This document shows positions 13,534 to 25,244 of a stretch of 64,000 bases of DNA, one piece after another. Source of the DNA: Balanoglossus misakiensis (lineage: Eukaryota > Animalia > Hemichordata); NCBI GenBank assembly GCA_040954595.2, contig CM082590.2, positions 8,246,001 through 8,310,000 on the forward strand, in the 5' to 3' direction. How positions within the stretch are numbered: position 1 is the stretch's first letter; the number at the start of each line of letters is the position of its first letter. The translations under genes and the position numbers were made by a program. A model generated the notes under the pieces. It made no database searches. It was not told the origin of the DNA and was given only the letters and a program-made list of their open reading frames with translations.

Positions 13534-14053
13534 ATTTGCATAATTTGCATGAATACTAAGATATAACCTATAGACTATGCTCTCGGTGGTTTACTAAGTT
13601 ATTTTCGGCACGCTACGATGAGAACGGGCTTATTTACGACCCGTAACTTCCATGGCAGAATAAACTCGATAGAAAGATGTCTGTGGTTTGTGCGATACTA
13701 TCAAAAATACTTATTTCTAATGGCGCTAGCGTGGCTGTGTTTGGGCAACGCAACAGAGTCCCAGAAGGTCAAAGGTCATACTTGATCCCCTATTCTGTCT
13801 TCTGGGGGGGGGGGGGGGAGTGTAAGGGAAGCATCTCCAGAGGGCACTGTGCACGATGTCCGTCAAATACCAGTCTTCAGCAAATTTAGCGAAACATGGC
13901 TTTGGCTGCGCCATTTCATAACACCGTATTTTGGCAATTATAAATAACGAAAGACTAATAGATGGTTTGAACATTAAAACCGCTTGTACCGTCTACTTTA
14001 TTTGGAAATCATAATACAGAAGAAGACCGAATGGACACCTCCGTCTACTCTAG

Positions 14054-14138
14054 AAAAAAAAAAAAGATTCCCGACTGGGATTCGAACTCGTGACCTCTCG
14101 GACCAAAGACAGTCACTCAGACACTGCGCCACAAAGTC
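14054..14138 (-). pseudogene. tRNA-derived Pol III-like unit 4
   Basis: Minus strand reads TGGCGCAGTG...GAGTTCGAATCCC...T12. It is a diverged member of the same series. Confidence 0.68.
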
Positions 14139-15404
14139 ATTTGCATAATTAGCATGAAAACTAACTTATAAGTTATTAGAATATAAGATTGCGTTGTTCG
14201 AAGTTTACAAAATTCTCTTTTAGCTGTGTTACAAGGAGACGGAGCTGATTTATCCGTTACTTCGGTGGTAAAATAAATTCGATAGACAGATATCTGTCCA
14301 GTGGAGATACATCAGTTTTTTTTTGGCAATTATAATAACTATTATGAAACTGCATTGTAATAAAATATTAAATTTAACCGGTTTAAGATGGTTTGAACAT
14401 TAATACCAAATATACCTGCTACTTTATTTGGAAATCAAGTTACAGTTCTGTAATTTGAAGTCTTCTTCCAAGACTTTTATTGCACAGAAAGTCAAAGTAC
14501 TAAACATGGCCAGAAAAGAGTTTTTCAAAATACTGTAGTTGTTTCTCAGTTTTAATAATTTTTGGTAAAATATATTGCCAAAGGGTTAGTCACCCCATAG
14601 CCTTGGTCGTGTAAGGGTGTTAGTCACGGTGGTGGTGATATTAACAAAGGAAGTGGGGGGGGGGGGGGGTTTAGGGGACTTGTGACAAAGTTTTTTCCAG
14701 AGGCATTTAATTGTCCATATATACCGGTAATGTGATATTTATTTTAATAAAAACAAATTTATTTACATCCTGTTCGCCGCATCATCAAACTGGAAGAAGG
14801 TCCAACAAATAAGCGTTTTCAAATGATTGACTGTTTATCAGTGGCTTTTCATGATTTATTATGTAGGCTTGACAATGATGATGAAGGCGATCATGATGGT
14901 GGTGGTGATATTATCAATGGTAGTGGGGGGACTGGTGACAATAATTTTCAAGAGACGTTTAATTGTCCAGACAATGTCATATTTATTTCAATAAAAACAA
15001 GTTCATTTACAATCTGACTGTTGTTCTCCACGTCATCATAACCTTGGTACTGGACAGTGTTTCAGTTGCCCTGCATACAGGTAATTTCCTGGGTACATTC
15101 TCATTTAGGTATTCATCGCGGCCCTCAAAGGGAAAAGCATGTATTTCTTTCAAAAAATTGACCGTTAATGCATTCTTTAAGCAACGCCCTCAATATCATG
15201 TGAGCTGAGATCCTCAACTTACTGTACTTTCACATCAGGAATTAAAGCCCCAAGCTAATTTTATTTTTAATCTATGAAATAACTCAAGCTCCACACCCTT
15301 AGTCAACAAAGAGCGTCATTCTGACTTGCTGGTGATTCTAACACCCATGTGCGCACACTATGATAGTTGTAAACACTTGCAATGGTTGGCTTAATAAATG
15401 GGTG

Positions 15405-15650
15405 TGGCATGCATTTATAATTTAATTCACATTCCAAAAGAAAGGCCAGAATCAGAGGTTGCTAATATTATTGTGCGTACCTATCACTAAACTCATTAAG
15501 AATGGCAGCTACTTGGCCTTAATGTTGCCATGCATTTATAATTTAATTCACATTCCAAATGAAAGGCCAGAATCAAAGGTTGCTAATATTCTGCATAACT
15601 ATCACTAAAATCATTAAGAATGGCAGCTACTGGGGCTTTAATGTTGCCAC
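15405..15650. repeat. Tandem duplication, ~121-bp unit
   Basis: catgcatttataatttaattcacattccaaa.gaaaggccagaatca occurs at ~15408 and ~15529. Confidence 0.85.
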
Positions 15651-16104
15651 TATGAACACTTCACTAAACAATCATCTCATACAAGTATTTTATTTCATTA
15701 CTATCCCCCAATCAAGTAAATGAAAACTTCATGAGGCAAATGAATACCACTTTCTAAGCTGGGCCCCTGTTTGAATATAATTTAAAAGTTTTAAAGTAGA
15801 ATTCACCTCTGAAAATTTTCTTTTTATTTAAGGCAACTTTAAATAATTTTCTTTTAAAAATTAGAAAAAAAATTGGGGTAAGCATCCTAAATTATGAATG
15901 ATAGACCAACATCACCGTAAATGGTCTCTGGAGAAAAATTAAACTGCTGTAAATATTCCTGTAATTTGACTGCTGTAATAATTTGACCACCCCTAATTAA
16001 TTTTGACTCTAGAAATTTGACCACAAATGAAACACAATTTCTTTAATTATTTGGCCTAAACACAACCAACATTAGACAGGTCAATGGCCAGCTTCATACG
16101 GATC

Positions 16105-17940
16105 AGGGGGAGGGGGAGGGATGCTTGATGACTAGGGGGCTATAGCTCACGTAACATTATCATTCACTAATGTAGTGGGGGAGGGGAGGGGTACTTGATG
16201 ACTAGGGGGCTATAACTCACCTCACATTGTCATTCACTAATGTAGTGGGGGAGGGGGAGGGTTGCTTGATGACTAGGGGGCTATAGCTCACATTATCATT
16301 CACTAATGTAGTGGGGGAGGGGAGGGGTACTTGATGACTAGGGGGCTATAGCTCACGTAACATTATCATTCACTAATGTAGTGGGGGAGGGGAGGGGTAC
16401 TTGATGACTAGGGGGCTATAACTCACCTCACATTGTCATTCACTAATGTAGTGGGGGAGGGGGAGGGTTGCTTGATGACTAGGGGGCTATAGCTCACATT
16501 GTCATTCACTAATGTAGTGGGGGAAGGGAGGGGTACTTGATGACTAGAGGGCTATCTCACATCGTCATTCACTAACTACATGAATGCCCAACAGTCAAAA
16601 TTTGTTCATTTTCTTTGATGACTAGGGGGCTATAGCTCACCTCACATTATCATTCACTAATGTAGTGGGGGAGGGGAGGGGTACTTGATGACTAGGGGGC
16701 TATAGCTCACCTCACATTGTCATTCACTAATGTAGTGGGGGAGGGGGAGGGTTGCTTGATGACTAGGGGGCTATAGCTCACCTCACATTGTCATTCACTA
16801 ATGTAGTGGGGGAGGGGGAGGGTTGCTTGATGACTAGGGGGCTATAGCTCACATTGTCATTCACTAATGTAGTGGGGGAAGGGAGGGGTACTTGATGACT
16901 AGAGGGCTATATCTCACATCGTCATTCACTAAGTACATGAATGCCAAACAGTCAAAATTTGTTCATTTTCTTTGATGACTAGGGGGCTATAGCTCACCTC
17001 ACATTATCATTCACTAATGTAGTGGGGGAGGGGATGGGTAATTGATGACTAGGGGGCTATAGCTCACCTCACATTGTCATTCACTAATGTAGTGGGGGAG
17101 GGGAGGGGTACTTGATGACTAGGGGGCTATAGCTCACCTCACATTGTCATTCACTAATGTAGTGGGGGAAGGGAGGGGTACTTGATGACTAGAGGGCTAT
17201 ATCTCACATCGTCATTCACTAACTACATGAATGCCCAACAGTCAAAGTTTGTTCATTTTCTTTGATGACTAGGGGGCTATAGCTCACCTCACATTATCAT
17301 TCACTAATGTAGTGGGGGAGGGGATGGGTAATTGATGACTAGGGGGATATAGCTCACCTCACATTGTCATTCACTAATGTAGTGGGGGAGGGGATGGGTA
17401 ATTGATGACTAGGGGGCTATAGCTCACCTCACATTGTCATTCACTAATGTAGTGGGGGAGGGGGAGGGGTGCTTGATGACTAGGGGGCTATAGCTCACCT
17501 CACATTGTCATTCACTAATGTAGTGGGGGAGGGGAGGGGTACTTGATGACTAGGGGGCTATAGCTCACCTCACATTATCATTCACTAATGTAGTGGGGGA
17601 GGGGGAGGGGTGCTTGATGACTTGGGGGCTATAGCTCACCTCACATTGTCATTCACTAATGTAGTGGGGGAGGGGAGGGGTACTTGATGACTAGGGGGCT
17701 ATAGCTCACCTCACATTGTCATTCACTAATGTAGTGGGGGAGGGGAGGGGTACTTGATGACTAGGGGGCTATAGCTCACCCCACATTGTCATTCACTAAT
17801 GTAGTGGGGGAAGGGAGGGGTACTTGATGACTAGGGGGCTATAGCTCACCTCACATTGTCATTCACTAATGTAGTGGGGGAGGGGGAGGGGTACTTGATG
17901 ACTAGGGGGCTATAGCTCACATTGTCGTTCACTAACTACA
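16105..17940. repeat. G-rich minisatellite, ~60-bp unit, roughly 28 copies
   Basis: Unit gggggaggggagggtacttgatgactagggggctatagctcacctcacattgtcattcactaatgtagt. It is interrupted by a recurring ~45-bp spacer at ~16575, ~16932 and ~17222. Confidence 0.97.
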
Positions 17941-18099
17941 TGTCTGCCTGACAGTCGAAATGTGTTTATTTTCTCGAGGCTTGCAGATGTCTAACATAGT
18001 GAGCCATGTTGAAAATACAGCTCAAAAGTACAACTCTGTAAATACGACCACCCCCAAAAGTAGCAATCTTTTATTTTCCCAACAATTCAACATTTTCAA

Positions 18100-20841
18100 A
18101 TCAAGCCAGTGTTTGTAATTTATTTTTGAGTGTGTTAGACAGAAACAGTTCTCTTATCTGTTGACTGCCAATATGCAACTAAGGACTCGGCTGTCTGACT
18201 GCTTATTCCTTATGTCAATCACAAATTCAAACTGAGCAGCTCTGTTCTACGATGTGGTGTACAAGGTACTCAGGTCTGGAATGTGGACGGCCCACACATC
18301 AGCTCAAACGAACATCTCATACCTGTGAAAAAAACATACCAGACACAATTATATTACATTCAGTTTGGCATGGAAAATTTGTGATTTTCAATTCACAATT
18401 TTCAATAAAGATAAACATAAATCGATATAATAAAAAGTATAAAAAATAGAAGTGACTATTGTGTTCATCCTGAAACAAAGCAGACAGAACCAATAGGCAA
18501 AAAGCCAGGTTAGAAACACAATGTCTCAATGTTTGAAGTCACATAACACTATCAGAAATATCTCTTCTTTGAGTCATTCAAGAATTGTTTGATCTGCTTT
18601 CACTAAAATCAGTAATCTCATCTTTGTTTATCAATGTCATCAGTCGTCTCAGAGTGAGAAGATTGAGGAGTCAATGAGGTCAACTGTTCTCACCTTTCCC
18701 ATCCATGGTTTCTAAGTGTTTGGAGCATGTTAATCCAAACCTAGGTTACCAAGGTGATATCATTATCATCCTGTTAATAAAAACAAACAAAACTGTGAGA
18801 ATCATAAGTTATTACAGCCTGTGTTTGGCTTCGAACTACATCCATAGTACACTCCCATTTTCTAGAAAGCTCACAATCCCATACAGACATAAACAAACAA
18901 CACACACTCTGTTAATTGAAGCCAAACACAAAATAGACAAATATTTTAAAATAGTATAAAAAATAGAAGTGACTAGTATGGTCATCCTGAAACAAAGCAG
19001 AATCAAATAAAGGCAAAAAGCCAGGTTAGAAACCAGTCTCGATGAAAAGTAATGCACTATGGTAAATTCTCTTGAACATGTTTCGTTTCCATAGGCAATG
19101 TCTTATGCAAGAATTAGTTGATCTCCTTTCACTAAAATCAGTAATCTCATCTTTGTTATGAATGCTGTTATCAGTTGCATGAGAGTAAGGAAACTGAGAA
19201 GTCAATGAAGTCAACTGTTTTCACCTTTTCCATTCATGGTCCGTGTATCCATGGTTTCTGACTAAGTGTTTGGAGCATGTCAATCCAAATCTAGGTTACC
19301 AAGGTGATATCATTTTAATCCTGTTGATAAAAATAAACAAAACTGTGAGAATCATAAGTTATTACAGTCTGTGTTTGGCTTTACTTTGAAGTCAAACTAC
19401 ATCCACAGTACACTCCCATTTTCTAGAAAGCTCACAAATCCCATACAGACAAAAACAAACACCACATACTCTGTTCAAGCCAAACACAAAATAGACAAAT
19501 ATCTAAATATATTTATAAAGAAGTATGAAAAATAGAAGTGACTATTGTGTTCATCCTGAAACAAAGCAGAATCAAATAAAGGCAAAAAGCCAGGTTAGAA
19601 ACCAATCTCAATGAAAAGTAATGCACTATGGTAAATTCTCTTGAACATGTTTCGTTTCCATACGCAATGTCTTATGCAAGAATTAGTTGATCTCCTTTCA
19701 GTAAAATCAGTAAGCTCATCTTTATGATCAATGCTGTTATCAGTTGCATGAGAGTAAGGAAACTGAGAAGTCAATGAGGTCAACTGTTCTCACCTTTTCC
19801 ATTCATGGTCCGTATCCATGGTTTCTGACTGCTGTTTCGAGCATATCAATCCAAACGGGCAAACCTTGAAAACCTAAGTTACCAAGGTGATATCATTTTA
19901 ATCCTGTTGATAAAAATAAACAAAACTGTGAGAATCATAAGTTATTAGTCTGTGTTTGGCTTTACTTTAAAATCGAACTACATCCACAGTACACTCCCAT
20001 ACAGACATAAACAAAGAACACACACTCTATACATATTTGTAAACTAGTATAAAAAATAGAAGTGACTATGGCATTCATCCTGAAACAAAGCAGACAGAAT
20101 CAATTAAAGGCAAAAGCAAGATTAGAAACCAGTCTCATTGAACATTATTAATTATAACTACGCCACTATGTTAGTTGTTAGTTGTTAGTTGTTAGTATCA
20201 TTTACTATGGTAAATGCTAAATTCTCTTGAGAAAATTGGGGAGTCAATAAGGTCAACTGTTCTCACCTGTATCCATGGTTTCTGACTGGGTTGGTGCATG
20301 AAAATGCCTTGGTGTCTATGCAGGACCTTCCCAGAATTCAACCCATGGAAATCTACATTACATCCTGCAAATGAAAATACACAAAATTGTTAGAATCAAA
20401 AATTACTAACAGCCTTTGTAGTTGTTAATTTTGTCTTTCACAGGAGCCAAACTACATCCACAGTACACTCCTATTTTTGAGAAATCACATGCAGACATAC
20501 ACAAACAACACACAGGCTGTTCATTCAAACCAAACACAAAATAGACAAATATCTATACATATTTGTAAACTAGTATAAAAAATAGAAGTGACTATGGCAT
20601 TCATCCTGAAACAAAGCAGACAGAATCAATTAAAGGCAAACGCAAGATTATTAATCAGTCTCATTGAAATTTATTTATTTACGCCACTATGTTAGTTGTT
20701 AGTATCATTTAGTAAATGACAAATTCTCTTGGGAAAATTGAGGAGTCAATAAGGTCAACTGTTCTCACCTTTTCCATTCAAGGTCAGTATCCATGGTTTC
20801 TGACTTGGTTGCTAACATCAAGTAAATCAAACATCTCATAC
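18100..20841 (-). ncRNA. Putative spliced long non-coding RNA built from tandem exon-intron units
   Basis: Candidate minus-strand exons are 20769-20841, 20267-20364, 19794-19903, 19225-19320, 18694-18770 and a terminal exon from 18322 to an AATAAA at 18124-18119. Each has a pyrimidine tract plus CAG acceptor, and each internal exon has an AG|GTGA(G/A)A donor. The one exon translated in all frames (18694-18770) is closed in all three. Confidence 0.45.
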
Positions 20842-21060
20842 CTGTGAAAAAATACACAAACTTGTGAGAATCAGACAAACAAACAACACACAGGCTGTTC
20901 ATTCAAGCCAAACACAAAACATACAAATATTTATATACATTTCAAAATATATAAAAAATAGACGTGACTAGTGTGTTCATCCTGAAACAAAGCAGAATCA
21001 AATGAAGGCAAAAGCCAGATTAGAATCCAGTCTCAATGAAAATGCACTCACTGCTGTCAA
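18320..21060. repeat. Diverged tandem repeat, ~500-570-bp unit, ~6 copies
   Basis: The anchor aaataga(a/c)gtgacta...catcctgaaacaaagcaga occurs at ~18444, 18961, 19529, 20054, 20580 and 20956. Confidence 0.9.
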
Positions 21061-22331
21061 CTATGGTAAATTCAACATGTTTGATTCCATACACAATATG
21101 TCTCAATGTTTAAATGAACACATTGACAACACAGACCGCTTATTGGAGTCAATATTGTGGAAACAAATTTTCTTGAGGAGAGCTCACTTAGCACAGGTCA
21201 GTCGGCTTTCAGTTTACCCCTATAACAACGATGGTTCAGTCTAAACCCATTGTTTTCTACAGTAAGGTTGGCCCTCTAAAGGGGCAGCGGGGGTTGGAGG
21301 GTATACATATATTAATGGCTGTATAAGAAAGCATGCACCGATTGGATTGGTCCTGAGTTCAACTGCATATTTTAATAAAATTCCACCTTGCACCACTGAA
21401 AATCTGTGATTGGCTAGATCTCAGTTTGCCATGGCAACTGCAGCTTAATTTCCATAGGTGATCATATACCTTTAAGGTTTTGTTTGGCTTAGTGTCACAG
21501 TTAAAAATATTTCAATAGAATTCTACCATGGTTCAACCAAACTGAAGAGACTGAATAGAATTAAGCACACAAAACCACTGCACCTATCACCATACTTAAT
21601 ATTGATTTTACATTTATAACTCAGTTAATGGCTTTTATCAACAAAATAAATCTGTCTACTCTGTCAGCTTTTTATCTGACTTCCCTGACCTCAAAATAAT
21701 TTGTCTCTTTGTGTAAATAACTCTGGTTGACATGTTCTGTTGATAAAACTACAGATCTGTTTGCCGTCAACTGAAATTTCAGTCTGTGTAGTTGGTATTA
21801 TCACTTTGAAATCAGATAAAGGGCAAAATGAAAATAAGGAACTTTTTCTGCAGCTCTGATGTGATATTTTGGTCACATAAAAGATAAGTTTGATATGAAA
21901 GAGTTATAACATGGTCTTACATCCTAAAATTAACTTTGATGATAATTCAACAGTAGGGTAACATGAAATTTCTGACCTAGATTGATAAATTTGCAGACAA
22001 CAGAGATTGTGTGCAACACTAGAACTAAGGATTGGCATACTTCAGTTGTCTGGTACACCGCAGGTATTCGTACCATTGTTGTCAAGATGACCCAGCGATG
22101 ACCTCAGATTAGTTGAAAAATATACCCACAATTCTCACACCATTTTTTCAGTTGTCTAGGTGTACGCCTTAGGTTAGTCACATATCAATCACACTATTTA
22201 CATATCATATACATGTACTTTGATTCACTGATGACGTATACTCAGACATTTCAAAGCGTTTCAATACCATCAAGATAAGGGGCTCTGCTACAAACTTTTC
22301 CTGAAGCTTTGAGAGTTGATACACGTACACA

Positions 22332-24548
22332 ATGGCGACTGCAGGCACTGAAGGTAAATTTCTGAAAGAAGTGGGCGAGGATTTCCTGTGTTGTACCATC
22401 TGTCTGGAGTTGTTTAAAACTCCGAAAACTCTACCATGTCTGCATACATACTGTGAGCAGTGTTTAGTCACTCTGGTTGAAAAGACAGGATCTCTAACCT
22501 GTCCAGAATGTCGACAGCAATATCAACTTCCTGGTAGTGGAGTTCCAGGAATCAAGACCAACTTCTTCATTTCAAATTTGACAGAACTGTACAACGAACG
22601 ACAGGAATCCACTCAAAGTGCTGAGATCAAGTGTGAAGGTTGCCAAGAGAATACAGCCACTCACAGGTGTGTAGAGTGTCAATATTATCTGTGTAAAAGC
22701 TGTGTTAAGGTCCATAGAAATCTACCACTCACAAAGACACACAGAGTTCCAACCATTGAAGAATATGAAACAGCAAAGTCAACCAGTCCTGCAACATTAA
22801 AAGCAGTAGAATATTGCAGTGTCCACACCAAGAATGAAATCAAATTCTACTGTGAAACCTGTCAGGTGCCTGTCTGTTCAAACTGTATGATAGTCAAACA
22901 CCGCATACCAGAACATGTACACAGAGACTTGAAAGATGCAGCAGATGAGTATCTGAGAGACTTGAAAGTCATGGTGGACATGTTGAAAGTGAAAGAACAG
23001 GAAACTGAAAAGAACAAAAGCCTAGCCAAGCAGGTACACAGCGATCTCACAGAGAAACATAAGAAAGAAGAAAGGAAGGTGAGAATGAAGGCAGAAGAAA
23101 TCATCAACAAAGTAAAGAGAGAAGAGCAGAGACTGGTAGATGAGCTGAATGAAAATTACAAACTAACAATAAAAACATCAGCTGTGGACATAGATGAGTT
23201 GGAATTAAAACATGGTAACATTAAGAGTGCATGCAGTTATATTGAAACATTGATGTATCATGGGAATGCTGCTCAACTTCTTTCAACCAAGGCTGATGCA
23301 GAACATCGCATCACTCAACTTATTGCCATGGAAACTAAACCACAGTCAGAGTATGAAGAAGTTGTATTTGAACCAAGGAGTGAGTTTAATGAGCAAGGAA
23401 TTCTAGGATTGCTGATATCCGATGTCTGTATCTCAAAGTGTACTGTTGAAAACATTCCAAAACAACTTCTGAAAGGTGACTCTGCACACCTGCTGATCAC
23501 AACCAGAGATTCCACAGGAAAACAAGTCATCCCAAATCAACCAGTGAAAGCCAAGCTCAGAAAACCTCATGTATCATGGGAAGACATCAAAGTATCAGAT
23601 AACAGAAATGGTACACACAGAGTGACAGTGAATGGACAAATGAATGGGAATTATCGAGTTGCCATGACAATAGGAGATCAAGCAATACCAGGCTCTCCTG
23701 TCATCATACCTGTCATCAAAGGATTGGTTCAAACCATTGGCAGTAAAGGAAGTGCTGAGGGACAGTACAAGAAACCCTGGAGTCTGGCCATAAACAAAGA
23801 CAAAGACATTGTCACTGCTGATAGAGGCAATAACAGATTACAAATAACAACCAGAGAGGGCAGAGTGAAGAAAATCTTGAAATTTACACAATTTAAGGAA
23901 CCTTTCAGGCCAAGTGACATAGCTATATCAAGTGATAATACACACTATAGTTTAGATGACAACAATAAGCAAGTAGTTGTCAGTGATGAGAATGAACGAG
24001 TCATCAGATGCTTTGGACAGAATGAGCTGAAGGATCCATATGGGATATCTATCAGCCCTGTCAATGGTAATGTCTATGTGACAGACAGGGGTGGGCATTG
24101 TGTCAGGATTTATATACAACGTGGCAAGTATATTAGGTCATTTGGGTCAAAGGGTAAAGGACAGGGGGAATTCAAGTGGCCCTTGGGAATAGTAGTGGGA
24201 AGAAGTGGGATGGTGTTTGTAGCAGATTCTGAAAACAAGCGTATCCAGGTGTTCAATTCAGATGACCAGTATTTGTATTCCTTTGATTGTCAGAGTGGGG
24301 ATGGTCAGGGCAGTTACCCCAGGGGAATAATCATTGAGAATGATAAATATGTGTATGTTAGTACTGGATCCATTTATGGGGGTGACAGCATACTGAAGTT
24401 TGAGAGTGGTGGTAAGTTTGTTTGTCGTATTGACAGTGATGGGGATAAGCTGGACTTCCCCACTGGTCTGGCACTGACAGATGATTCACCTTGCAGGGTG
24501 GTTGTAGCTGATACGTGGAACCACTGCATCAAAGTGTTTGTACAGTGA
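22332..24548 (+). CDS. Intronless TRIM-NHL protein (RING, 2 B-boxes, coiled coil, filamin repeat, NHL propeller); TRIM2/TRIM3/TRIM71-like E3 ligase, 738 aa
   Basis: RING CTIC...PCLHTYCEQC...CPEC; B-box1 CEGC...CVEC...CKSC..H; B-box2 CSVH...CETC...CSNC...H. These are followed by a coiled coil, a filamin motif (DNRNGTHRV...IPGSP) and NHL repeats (FGSKGKGQGEFKWPLGIVV, VADTWNHCIKVF). Start context acaATGG. Exact orthology cannot be assigned by eye. Confidence 0.95.
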   Translation: MATAGTEGKFLKEVGEDFLCCTICLELFKTPKTLPCLHTYCEQCLVTLVEKTGSLTCPECRQQYQLPGSGVPGIKTNFFISNLTELYNERQESTQSAEIKCEGCQENTATHRCVECQYYLCKSCVKVHRNLPLTKTHRVPTIEEYETAKSTSPATLKAVEYCSVHTKNEIKFYCETCQVPVCSNCMIVKHRIPEHVHRDLKDAADEYLRDLKVMVDMLKVKEQETEKNKSLAKQVHSDLTEKHKKEERKVRMKAEEIINKVKREEQRLVDELNENYKLTIKTSAVDIDELELKHGNIKSACSYIETLMYHGNAAQLLSTKADAEHRITQLIAMETKPQSEYEEVVFEPRSEFNEQGILGLLISDVCISKCTVENIPKQLLKGDSAHLLITTRDSTGKQVIPNQPVKAKLRKPHVSWEDIKVSDNRNGTHRVTVNGQMNGNYRVAMTIGDQAIPGSPVIIPVIKGLVQTIGSKGSAEGQYKKPWSLAINKDKDIVTADRGNNRLQITTREGRVKKILKFTQFKEPFRPSDIAISSDNTHYSLDDNNKQVVVSDENERVIRCFGQNELKDPYGISISPVNGNVYVTDRGGHCVRIYIQRGKYIRSFGSKGKGQGEFKWPLGIVVGRSGMVFVADSENKRIQVFNSDDQYLYSFDCQSGDGQGSYPRGIIIENDKYVYVSTGSIYGGDSILKFESGGKFVCRIDSDGDKLDFPTGLALTDDSPCRVVVADTWNHCIKVFVQ

Positions 24549-25150
24549 CACTAAAACATCACAAGATGAAGCAGACTATATTCCAAATATAACCAACTTT
24601 GGATGAGAATTCTTTGTGATGACTGACTGACTGACTGACTGACTGACTACCCATGTTAGTGTAACTCACAGAGTTAGTGAGTTATTTCAAACATCCTGAA
24701 ATATTTCATTTGCTCTTATGTGGTCAAACCACAGACTTTGACGTTGTATTTTGGGTAAAATCACCCACAACTTTGAACAGAGTGTAGCATATAGCCACCT
24801 ATCTGAGCGTGCACAATTGTTATAAGAATTACTGATTTATTTTAGTCAAAGTTACCTGATATAAAATCTGCCATTCAGTAAATCGTAATAATTTTTAAAA
24901 CAATCATTAGATGTGTTTTGATGCCACTAGTTTATCTTTGCATGACTTTGTACATTATAGGAGAAATTATCACAGCTCACCATTCGGACTGTCATTTAAA
25001 GGGATGCTAGCTGTAATGTCTAGCTGGCTTTATTTCCAGAATTTTTATTCTCTGTACCATTTTTTGTGTGGCAGCTACTATATATGCAGTCACAATTATT
25101 ATCAGTGTGTTTATGTTTTCCAACGTTTAAGAATTCACTTTTGAGTAGAT

Positions 25151-25244
25151 ATAACCCTTTCACCCCCATTCCCCTGTATAGAGGTCCAACCTTTACCAGA
25201 GAAAACAATGGATTTGGACCAAACCATGGTGGTGACAGGGTTAA
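25151..25244. mobile_element. ~90-bp piggyBac-like MITE (TTAA-type ends, CCCTTTCACC TIR)
   Basis: ataa-ccctttcacc...ggtgacaggg-ttaa. Related copies lie at ~21213-21303, 29123-29204, 30219-30310 and 38850-38941. Confidence 0.75.

Noticed and set aside
12414-14138. Functional tRNA genes (Ser/Arg/His/Gln by anticodon position)
   Set aside because: The acceptor and anticodon stems checked do not base-pair. They are reported as tRNA-derived units instead.
19101-19184. SECIS element (tga-N12-aaaa spacing on the plus strand)
   Set aside because: No complementary 3' strand for helix II, no GA quartet partner and no selenoprotein ORF upstream.
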